NCBI GenBank assembly: GCA_977016875.1
Contig: CDRNST010000263.1
Coordinates: 248,001-312,000 of the forward strand
Reading direction: 5' to 3'
Origin: Pavona decussata
Taxonomy: Eukaryota
DNA: 64,000 nucleotides
The translations under genes and the position numbers were made by a program. The notes under the pieces were generated by a model that ran no database searches, was not told the DNA's origin, and saw only the letters and a list, made by a program, of their open reading frames with translations. Shown one piece after another: positions 24,412-35,900 of this stretch. Within the stretch, counting starts at the first letter, position 1; each line of letters begins with the position of its first letter.

Positions 24412-26574
24412 ACTTGCACCAAACAGTCTTCCGGTTTCACGCGAGTCTACACGAGAAGCACCTTAACTTGAGGAGGAATGTCGCCGTTTCAAGCTATATT
24501 AACTGCTTTCACGTTATGGACTGAGAGGAAAGAACAATCTGGACTATTCTTCTTGTAAATTTCTTTCTTTAAAACGTGATATGACAGAAATATTCAGCCC
24601 CAATCCAATCATTTCCGCAAAACTCGTACGGTCAAACATTTACATTTTCCCCCATGTAAACATGATCGCACAACAATCCGACAGTTGTCAAGAGTCACGC
24701 AAACTAAATCACGGTTCCCCTTACTTCCCCCTCAATAATTTCTATCTAGAATACCTTTGTAGTCTCAAATGTATCCTTTTAAACTGAATTTGAACGTTTT
24801 GTTGGATACTGAGTGTACCTAAGCCTCGGCGCATTCGCCGCTCCCAGCTTCGGATACTGTCATTTTCGTCACCACCCACGCGGGGACGACGCTTCGCAAT
24901 AATTTATGCACAAGCACTTCGCATATATTTTAGAGTTAAATCCAGGAAATATGATTTTTGTTTGAGTTTTTCAGGTCTTCTTATGCTCCAGAATAATGTT
25001 GTTGGTAAAGTCAAAAAGTCTAAGGATAAAAATTCTCAACAAACAGTATTTAGAAACATAACTTCTTTTCATCAAATGAAAATATGAACAAACCAGCCTA
25101 ACAGATCACGTAGACGAATAAATTACCGTCGAACGAGTGAACATTACCTGTATTACAAATCCTTCTAGAATCGACTACAAGCGGAAGAGAGAGAGGCCCT
25201 TGGGAATCACTTACCAATCTGGAAACAATGCGATTTGAGGCACTGAGAAATAGAAATAGCGACTGGAACTGAAAAAAAGTGTCTAAAAATTACATTTTGG
25301 AGCAATAGAGTTTTAGAGATTGAATGTTGAAGAATCGTTGGTCTATGAAATGGGCCTTGTTTATAGCTAATTCCTCATTCAAGACCAGCGATCCGTACTC
25401 GAAGGTTGTTTGTTTTCTTCTCTTATTCGATGGCTATTTGCAGGCTTCACGCTCGACCTCGTTCGGCCTGGTGTTCTAAAATTAGCCATTTTTCTAAAAA
25501 TGATCCGCGTGTATCGCTTGAGAGGTGCATGCAACACTGCATGTCTCTGAGATATGCAGGGAACCGCAAAACAAATATGGCGTGGCATTCTTCCTGATTT
25601 GCGGGTCTTGGCAGGGATCTGCCAATTGCTAAGACTAGTATCACTTTGCTTATGCGGAAACCGAATACATTCAATATTTCTTCATTTTTTTCAAAGTTTC
25701 ATTCACTTAAGGATATTGCTAAGTTTATATTTTGATAAATAAGTTTACATTCGAAAGCGTGTTGCTCATTAGTTCTCGGTGCTTTACCTGGCTAGCCGCT
25801 TTTCTAAGCATGACATATTCGGAATCCAAAAAAAGCGAAAAGATCCGTCATAGAAGCGGGTTTCCACCTTCGACGGCCACTTTTAACTGACCACTAAGCA
25901 GATCACACGAATACAACCGAAATTTTAATTCCTGTATGCATTCATCTCCGGCTCTAAGAGTTACATAACCCTTTCTAACTCCGAGAGGAACTGGGGCGAG
26001 TGATGAACATTTTCTCGTCAACCTCGTTCCCAGAATCCTCTCTCTTCCTCTTTGCTTGTCTAGTTTCTCGACTATGGCACGTAAAATTTGTGCGATTTAC
26101 TGTGTCAGGAAAGGATTCGACAATTTAGCTTTGAAAATTTCCTCTCACCCCACCATAAGATTCCGAATTTAAACTCCTCCGAATAAAGCACGTCCAAAAT
26201 TATAAGCCGCCCAAATGTGATACGCAAACGAGTCTGAAAACGAAATACAAACATTCACAAAATAATAAATTTAATCGGCTCCGTCCCTAAAATGCCCTCT
26301 GAACAAAAATAAGTCTAGTGCTTATATTATTGGCAATTTTATAATATCTTCAAAATCACTTAAAAAGCTAAGTTGTTTCGGTTTCTGCATACTTGAAGCC
26401 TTAACATAAGCGAAGGAACAACCGCAATTCAGTGTCCGATCGCGGTCGTCACTAACTTGAGCATTTTTTCGACAGGCCAGATAGAACGTCTTTCGTGTTA
26501 TTGCACTGATTTGTGAAGGGTTTGGCTTAGTCTCAGTTGTTAGAGTTAAAATGTGTTCCTGAGTCCAAATAAAC

Positions 26575-27475
26575 AAACGTTTGTCACACAGTTTTCTCGC
26601 GATGAAATCCTAACGAACTCGTAGTGCAATTCATAATGATGGCAAAGTAACCGTGCACTGAATTGACAAAACAGCGATTCACCTGCTTACTTCACGCTCT
26701 TTTAAATAATAAAGTGATGGGGAATTTGGTTATTTCACGTAGTTGTTTGTAAGGCAGACCTTAGATCTGATAGAAAGAAATTGTTGTTTGCTCCTAGCGG
26801 TCAACGTTTGCCACACCGAGTTGTTCAAGTCATCGTGAAATCAAACCGAAACTCGAAGTCTGCAATTCATAATGATTGCAAAGTAACAGAAAGCTAGTTC
26901 GATTCATTAGCTTACTTCTCGCTCTTTTAAATAAAAAAGTGATGGAGAATTTGGTCATTTCACGTAGTTGTTTTTAAGGCAGACCCGTTATATAATACTG
27001 AGAAAGAAATTGTTGTTTGCTCCTAGCGGTCAACGTCTGCCACACAGTTGTTCAGTTGAAGTCTTCGTCGTGAAATCAGATTAAAACTCGAAGTCTGGCA
27101 ATTCCGACTGATTGCAAAGTAACAGAAAGCTAATTCGATTCATTAGCTTACTTCAAGTTCTTTTTAATAACATAGTGATCGAGAATTTGGACAATTACGT
27201 AGTTGTTTGAAAGGTATAGACCTTACTGAGATAGTAGAAAGAAATTGTTGTTTCTTTGCTCATGACACTGAAACGTTTGCACACAGCTGTTTCCTCGATC
27301 GTCGTGAAATCAGAACGAAACTCGTAGTCTGGCAATTCATACTGATTGCAAAGTAACAGAAAGTTTATTCGATTCTTTAGCTTACTTCACGCTCTTTTAA
27401 ATAATAAAGTGACGGAGAATTTGGTCACTTCACGTAGGCGTTATAAAGGCAGCCCTTCGCAGATAGCAGAAAAAA
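26575..27475 (+). repeat. Four-unit tandem repeat (about 225-240 bp) upstream of EGLN1
   Basis: Recurring GCAATTCATAATGATTGCAAAGTAAC...GCTTACTTC...GAATTTGGT..TTCACGT..AGAAAGAAATTGTTG. Confidence 0.9.
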
Positions 27476-30400
27476 CTATTTCTTCAGTTGTTCCTTAGTC
27501 TTCGTCCTCATGTAGCAGTGCACAGCGAACCTAATTTTAGAGGCCATGAAGAATTAATAGTTTGGTTTTAACACACCTTTCTATTGCACCCAGACAGAGG
27601 CCATGGGTATTCCACGCGGAGCCGGCCAAAACTAAGAGGTGGAAGTTTCAGTTTTCCCAACATCGTCAGTTTTACTTTGAGCTCCATGATTAAAAAAAAA
27701 ATTCTAGCATTGCTGATTCAGACCAAGGCTATCAAGAAGAAAGAATACTGTGTTATGCGATTCTAATTCGCTTAAATCTGTAGATGAGCTCCCAAAATTT
27801 GACCATCCAAAACGCTACTGTTTTAAAAGCAGTGTTTTTCTGTACCAGCTGTTGTTTAGATGCTTCAGTGTGGCGTTTGAGTCTGTGGATGAAATCTGAA
27901 CGTCTCCAAAGTGTAGCCCAAATGAAAGCTGTCATTGCATCAAGGGTGTTGTTCATTGTGCTGTTCTAGGACTTCTTAACTTCTTGTGTCTGTGGGTGAA
28001 ATCCTAAAGTTTGACCCTGATTCAAATGAACTGAGAAGCATACAGACTGGGTGGAAACCTGATAAATTCAAGAGACTACAAGGTGAGGCTTTCTTGGGCC
28101 ATGCACTATATCAGAAATCGACTCCGAAACCCAAGACATTTGGCAAAACGTTTTGCAGGAAGTATAGTTTTTGAAAGATCATTTAGAAAAGAAGTTTCCT
28201 TTAGTACTGCTGAGCTTTTCTTAATCTTAAAACTCTGAGAATAAACCTCTAGTAAAAGGTATTCAGTAGAGTAATAACAGTACCAGAATTAGACTGCGTA
28301 TATGACGGCTGGCGGATGAAATAGTCTGGTGACTTCTTTCACTGTACTCAAAGCTGTTCGCTTTTTACTATACGGGCTTGTTATTTTTTAGCAGCTCCTT
28401 CTTATGGTGCTGCTAAATTGATTTTCAAAATCTTACAGCAAGAACTATTTGGCTTTTTCATTTCTGGATTATGTAACAGATGCAGCAAAGCATTCTTAGC
28501 ATTCGAACTAAGAGACGGAGATATGTCTCAGCCACAAACAGCTCTAAAAAAGTGTTGATTGCACGAAAAGTTAACCACGTGCTGGTTTCTTTATATCTTA
28601 GTTTGCAACGATGTTAGAGTGGAACCCAAGTCTACTTCGCTCCGATATCCCATACACAAGACGTTCACGAATTTACCTTGTAAACATCGTACGCATAGTG
28701 TCGGCGTAGCTGACCATTGTTTCTCACTAATCTAACCCTCCTCTCCCAGCAAGTTCCTTGCACTGTTCGTCTTTTTTTCTCTCCATCTTTGAATTCTTTT
28801 CGCTTGTCTATTGTACACTGCAAGATGCACCATCATAACTGTCTTTAAATATACGCCTGTCGAGTTCTTGTTTTGCTAAGTTTGATCACAGCTGCTCAAC
28901 CGACGTTCGCCATCTTATTATTTTAGTTGCTCTCTCCTGATTTGTCAGTTTCTGTCACGTGGTGAGCTTAAAGGTCGCTACTGATAGCTATATATCGCAA
29001 CACTGGCCAACGCCTTCGTACTCTCTGGAAATCGCGTTACAAGAGCTAATTGAACTTCAATTCTCAAGGAATCAAGCGAAGAGATAGGATATACCTCATG
29101 TCTTAACCAGAATAAAATTTTGATATTTTTTTGTTTGGCGAAGCTAGTAAATGTTTATGTTCAGTCATTGTAATAATCGGCGACTAGTCGCGAACAAACA
29201 TAAACACCAAACCGAGACTAATTTGCGATCAACCAACGCGCACTGAATTATTTGCGTTTATTTGCGACATTGTTACCTGAAAAGACAGACTTAAGCTGAT
29301 TATCTCCGTTATTCTCCGCACTTGATTGTGGACGCTGTATTTGATATCTTAAGGAGAAAGTAAAGTTTCATCAATGATCAGTTCCCGGAGAGTCGAAGTT
29401 TTTTGACGAAAAAGCCTGGAAATTACGAAAGAATACTTAAAAGATTTAACCTCAACTTGTGGGTAGGGATTTTTTTCTCTTTTTTCCTGCAAAGCGATGT
29501 TCCGCTTGCTTTTACGCACATTTGCTTTTCTAGTGTAAAGATAAATATTGACTTAGCGCAACTTGCTGTAACTTTTCGGTTTCGAGTAAACTGCGACTAT
29601 TAAATAGAAAGCATTCAAAAAGCACTTTCATGAGATTGATTTTTCCAGTTAACTAGTATTTCATGCAATGAAATGTGGAGTTTGTAGTTTGTTTTTGTGG
29701 TTTCTTTGAAATGTTACAGTAAAAATGTGCTTGGATCGCTTTTCCGCGTTGTGTCTTTCAAGTGTTAGCTGAAATTCGTGAGAAGGGGCACGTCCAACTA
29801 AAGAATGAATTCGGGCATGACTTATCGAAATGAAAATTTAAAAATTCGTGGATAGATGGAAGATTTCAGGTGTTCAGATCTTTAGACCAGTAAACACATA
29901 TACTGAAACTATTAAGATGAAGTCATACTGTTCCGTACAATCGTGCGCTCTCTCATGTAGAAGTGAGAGCGCATAGCTTGCTCACGCACCCACACAAAAA
30001 CGTGACATTTTTTTTTACTCAACATTGTTTACAGTGATTTAACTTTGTCGTTGATGTCGCAAAAAGTTTCCTTCTTTTGCCAAAGGCCTCAGATCTTTTT
30101 CGATTCCAATCGTTCGGGTTTTTTTTTTCCTTTTTTCAGTTTTGTCACAAGAAACAAAGTCACGATTCACAAGCAAATACCTTGAACTAACTCAATTAGT
30201 AGAACAAAAACTATTAATGCTTAGCAGATTTTGAGCTCCAAATAGTATCAGCGGAAAATATAACGAAAGTTTTCTAGCATTTAATTTAGGTCCACTAAAG
30301 TTTTGCTCCATTCGAAGCTACAATTGAGGAATGTTAAGATTCTCAGTGAATTTTCATCCATCTTCGTCCCAAAACAGTCGACTATAACTAAACCGTTTTT

Positions 30401-30896
30401 CAGACTGTTTCAACCAAACAACCCACAATTCAGCTCATAAAAATCAGTCAAAACAGTTTTGTTGACAATTTGGTAGTGGTAACATTCAAAAACGTAAACA
30501 AAAACATTCAACAAGTAGACCTACCAGAGTTTATCCTTGATTGAAGAAAAAGTTGCGTCAAATACTGGCTTCGGCTAAAAATTCGTGGTGCTCCTAAAGT
30601 AATTCTTGAGTTATGAAGGCCCACGCTTGGCCTTCCCATGTTGTTCCTTTTAAATAATACTTTGGCATACATATGTTACTGTGAAAGAACTAAATCGGCC
30701 TTGCGATCGGTTCAGTTGTTTGTGACATGAAAAACGTCCATGAATTCACGACCTTAAGTAACACCGCGCGAGGGACTAGGAACTAGGCACGAACGTGACG
30801 TGACGGTGCGCACGAATCACCTCGTGGAAACTCAACGAACGTGAACTTTTCAAAACAAGTTGTAAATTAGCGGCCTTTTCATTTCCTTAAGCTCTC

Positions 30897-31253
30897 TTTT
30901 CATCGCACGGAATTGAGTAATAGCTTTGTATTAAAAAGTATTTGTAAAACGAGCATCCATTTAAGAAAACAGGCCATGAAAATACGTTTTTAGTTCATTT
31001 TCTAGTCATGTTTGGTTGTAATTGGAGTATATACACTAAGTTATCGTAGCTCTCGTTGTAAACATCATCGCAATTTCATTTTCATCGCACGGAATTGGAA
31101 AAAAGCTTTATTTTAAAAAGTATTTGAGTAAAATGGGCATCCGTTTAAGAAAACAGTTACGAAAATATGTTTTTAGTTCATTTTCTAGTCACATTTGGTG
31201 GCAAATGGAATATATGTATATAGTTATTGTACATGTACTTATCGTTGTAAACA
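30897..31253 (+). repeat. Two-unit direct repeat (period about 182 bp)
   Basis: TTTTCATCGCACGGAATTG...TTTAGTTCATTTTCTAGTCA...TCGTTGTAAACA twice. Confidence 0.85.
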
Positions 31254-32414
31254 ACTGATAATATTAAACTTCAAATTTAAATTGAGAGGAGTCAAAGGTC
31301 GAAGGCAAGATAGTTCAATTATAAAGTTGTTGTTGATTTTAATTTAAGCTTGTAATTGCAGTTTATGTGAATAAATTGAGACAATTCCGGCTAAAAAACG
31401 CCGGAACTTTAGCGTATATATTGTATAAGATACGATTTTAATATTCATTACTGAGTCGAAAAACTTCGTTTGGTTGATAGATCTGACGGTTCGAAGCCGG
31501 TCAAAATTGTGTTTGATGTAAAACTGCATGGAATTACAGATGTAAATCTACTTTTCAAGAAGGCGCAAAGCTTTTACAACATGGAAAACGGAATCTACAG
31601 ATGGCAATCCAGTGGACGTGTTACAAATACAGAACAGCGTGGTATAAACTTTAATACGCCCAAGTCGATAAGATGCCGTGAGCTAGACTAAAGCGAGTTG
31701 TTTTGACGCATGCCAAAAATCACGCTCGCTAAACTGATAGAGATCGTTTAGCTCCCTCGAGGGCATCGTTCTGAATTAACTGACAAATTATCAATATAAT
31801 CTGAAGCAGTTAATGGTGGGTAAATATGCTTTGGTGGCACTGATGAAACTAAAAATTCATCGCAGAATTCGCCGATAAAGAAAAAGTTTAATTAAAAGAA
31901 GCAATTTTTAGCCGCTTCATGAACCCATGAACATGCTTACAAAAAAAGTATTGGTATAGTTGGTATATTTATTTAATGAGAAAAAGAAATTTTTGAGCCT
32001 GCAAATCTAAATCATGTAAATCTATTCCATTCTTTTTAATAAACCTCTTTGTTTTTCTTAAGGCCTGTTCATGCGTGCGATTTTTGTCCAATTTTTGTCA
32101 CGCGCTAGTCGCGTCAAGTTGGAAACTGTCGCGTGTGTAAACAAGTTAGAGCGATTTCAGCGCATGTTTTTGTCGCGATTAAGCGCAGGTGTTTCGAACA
32201 TGTTTGAAACTTGACGCAAACTAATAGAGTTTCCCAGTAAACGTACAGAGATATTGCACAGAAATCGCCCTTGTAATCGGGCCATTAGAATTATGTAATC
32301 ATTGTAATCCAAGGTTGCGTTTCATTGGGACATACTCGACCTGATGTTACTAAACCTTCGGCCATTTTGATATGTTACGTTACCAGGCAAGAGAAACAAC
32401 TTAGATTTTCAGTG

Positions 32415-32911
32415 TACAGTCGAACCCGTAAGCGTCACTGTAACAAGCGGTCACCTTCTGTTAAGCTGTCAGCGGCCAAAGAAGTTCCGAAAATTTCCCC
32501 CCTAAATTACTTAACTTACCAAGTCCCAACGAACTGTTTCTATTCTTTTGAACTGTTTTAAAAGGTAACTTTGTAAAAGGAAACCAGTCAAATATAGTAA
32601 CAAATAGCGTGCCAGGCAATTGAATTTCTAACGACCGACTGAATACTGACTGTACGATCTTGGCGTTAATGTTTTATCAGTCCGTTTCTTTACCATGTTC
32701 TCCTTTGTCATACCATTTTATCGCTGCAGTTTCTTAACCAAGTGAGTGATTTTGTGAGCGCTTTTGTACATAAACTGCACACTAAGTTATCAAATGTTAT
32801 ATGAAATGTCGTTTTTATTGCGTTTGACGTGTATTCTTTGCAACCTGTACTAAGCGGTCGCTTAGCTTAGCCATTCCCCGAGGGTGACCACTTAATACAG
32901 GTTCGACTGTA
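32415..32911. mobile_element. Tc1/pogo-type MITE (TA flanks); relatives at 15418-15612 and 20854-21130
   Basis: TACAGTCGAACCCGTA and TACAGGTTCGACTGTA inverted ends. Confidence 0.7.
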
Positions 32912-35900
32912 TTTCTTTTTCGTCTTTTTCAGAATACACAAAATTTGTCCCAAAATAGCGCACCCTAAAGATAAGATAACAATCAAAGTTGAATCAAAAC
33001 GTTCGACTTTCAAGTCAGCGTCGGCAGTGCGAACGGTTTTTTTTTTTGCGTTGAAAATCTCCAAAGTCGCCGGTGTAAAAAACATAAGGTCGTGTGGAGT
33101 TTTTTCCTTCTTCCTTCTCCGTTTTACTCTCTTCCATCTCATTCTGAACTGACCATATCGGGGTACAAAAACAAACAACTGAAACCGTGTTTCCGTCGGT
33201 GTCATTTCACGAAAAGTGCTCAGGTTTAATCGCGCGCATGCTTATAATGGCCTGACCACCAGTGTCGCATAATTAAGCCCCTGGCTCCTGGACATCTTAT
33301 TGTAATCGCTAGTCTGTGCTACATCAAAGAGTTTACCAGTATTAAAGGTGGCTCAAACTTTTCAACATACCATACCCGCTAAGCCAATCAAATGCCTGGA
33401 GTTGCATTACTCGCACAATGTTCCAGTTTTTAATAATTGCTGAATAACCTCCCAGCATTGTTCTGAATTTCTTGCGCGAGTTTTTTTTTTTTTCGCCAAT
33501 TTGACGGAAATAAGGGGCGCTTTTTATTCGGCTAAACGTTCCAGGTGGAAGTTTTGTTAAATTTAGGTGCCGAATGGAACGGTATTTTCCTTTTAACCGG
33601 GCAACCGACTTGAAAACAAACCTGTGAACGAAACCGAAATAACACGTTTAAATTATATTTGAAGACTACTGGGCCCGAGTAAGAATTAATGGCTGAATGG
33701 AACGGGATTTTCTGGTTGTTCCGATGATCCAGAATGTTAGGACGTGACCTCACAAGGTAAACCCAAAATTTCGATATTTTGTTCCGGAAAATTTCTGTTT
33801 CAATGGACTTCCCACTCGGAATTTCCAGAATTTTTTTGTATTGGTGAATGTTTACCTTGGTAAATACCTACTAATCATTCGCCTCCACTTATACTAACCT
33901 CGGCAAGTGCATGTATTTGTGCCGCGTTCAAATGATTCAAGCCGATTTTGGAAAGTACTTTCATTTGGCGTTGTTAAATTCTTAGGGTTTTGTAGATTAA
34001 TTCTGTTTCAGATTTATAGCTGTTGCTGTGTTTTGGCCAATTTGAACTGAAAGCAAAACAAACAATCAGTTTCACATATATCACTGATATCACGCTCGGC
34101 TCGGTGGAGTTTTAAAACAACCATAATGGCTTTCGAGTCTAATCTTTGATGGCTAATCTTACTCCACCCTTATGCCGGAAACAATTCGATTAATCGGCAT
34201 TGCGCGGCTAGCGGAAATTGAGGCTATATCTACACTATACCGGTACAGCTCTTGTGCTGGCACCAAAAACATATCGGATAGGGCTTTTGTTCACACACAA
34301 AACGCCGATTTCGGATCGATTTCTGCGCCGGAGCGATGCTGCGCTGCTTCGGCCTTGAAGTGAATCGTCGCATATCGGATAGGTTTTCATGGCACTTTCT
34401 TGAGTAGTGTAAACAGAGAATCGAACCGAAACGGAAGTCAACAACGAGGAGCAAGGATTGGATTCTAGTGGAAAGATGACGGCAGTTTTGGGCCACTTCT
34501 GTTCACACCAGGCCGGAGTATTTTTCACCACGGCATAAAATGCTATCCAGCATAGTGTAGACATAGCCTGAACTGCTGACGGCGCAATTTTCGGAGCTTC
34601 TGAAGTTTTTAGAAGGAGTTTGCCGCAGTTGCCTAATACAACCTCATTATGAGTTGCAGTGTTCAAGAAAGCCCCCATGTTTATCGGGACAGAAAAAAAA
34701 AAAAACCTGCCTAAGAAGTATAAACCTCTCAGGTATACCCCCACAAAAGCCACAAAACGTTGTAATTTATCTACAACTAAAACCACTTCTAATAAGTACC
34801 GCATACCATAATTCAAGCCAACTCTCCAGGGGAACAACAAGCGGTGATTTATAAAATTCAATGAGAGTAGTTATGCTCTCCGGCACGCCTTGTTTGGCGG
34901 GTTTATCATATTCTGTTGAATTAGAGAAGATTTTTACAGCGGCAGCTGGCTTTTAAAACACAAACCTGGCCTCGATTGGTCAGTAAAACAATGTAAACTT
35001 TCAATGGACTTTATAGAGCTTGAGGCTTGTGTTTAATTAGCCAGTTTGTTTCACGGGAGGGGTTTAGAAGAACAATTTCCATCACGTTTTTTTCTATGGA
35101 ACGGAACCGCAGAGATTCTGTGTTTTCACGTGTTGTGTTCGTGTTGTTCGAGTGGTGCGTGCGTACTGTGTTAAAAACCCGACTTATATTGGGCTTTTCC
35201 GTGCAAGTTCCCACGCCCAACAATAAACTCTTTCCGAAGTGACATCCTCAAAGTTTTGAAGTTGGACGCCAAATTGGCGCGATATAAAATAATAAGAGTT
35301 TACTGAAACAATCCGACTTCATGCAATTTACTGAATTTTTGCTGTTTTCTGACAACCTTCATGATGGTTTGAAAATAACGTGAGATATCTGTATGAGTGA
35401 AGAATAAATATCAAAAGATTAGTTGTCATTGTGATTTGTAAAGAGGGGGTTTCATACTTGGAAGCGATTTGGTCACGTTTTGAATTTTCTATACGGTTGT
35501 AAGCAAAGTCTTGAAGGTTGTCATTCAATCCAGTAACAAAGAACAAGTGTGAAATGGTTTTTCTTATTCGTAACGTCTACAAATCAAAGTGCAAACTGGA
35601 AAAACATTTTTGCTGTGACAAGGTGAAGCGGGACGACAAATTAGGGAGATTTAACCGCCAATTTTTCAGGAAGTACAATTTCGGACTATGGAAAAACAAC
35701 GCTCAAATTTCATTTCGCGTGAAAACAATAACAAAAAGCACCTAATAGGAAAGCGCTGTTCAGTAGCTTTCATTTGAATGGTCACGTTTTAATTTGAATG
35801 TCATCCACAGACTCAAAAGCTGGAACCACGTTGTACAGCATAATAAGCAGTACCACAGGAAAGTACTGCTCAGAAGCATAAGACTAAGACAGGAGCCCTA

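Noticed and set aside
28048-28083. Micro-exon candidate (cag|ACTGGG...CAAG|gtgagg)
   Set aside because: Good splice signals but adjacent to a repeat copy, with no partner exons identified.
34235-34861. 208-aa minus-strand ORF
   Set aside because: Non-ATG start, crosses repeat-like sequence and a homopolymer run, no recognisable motif.
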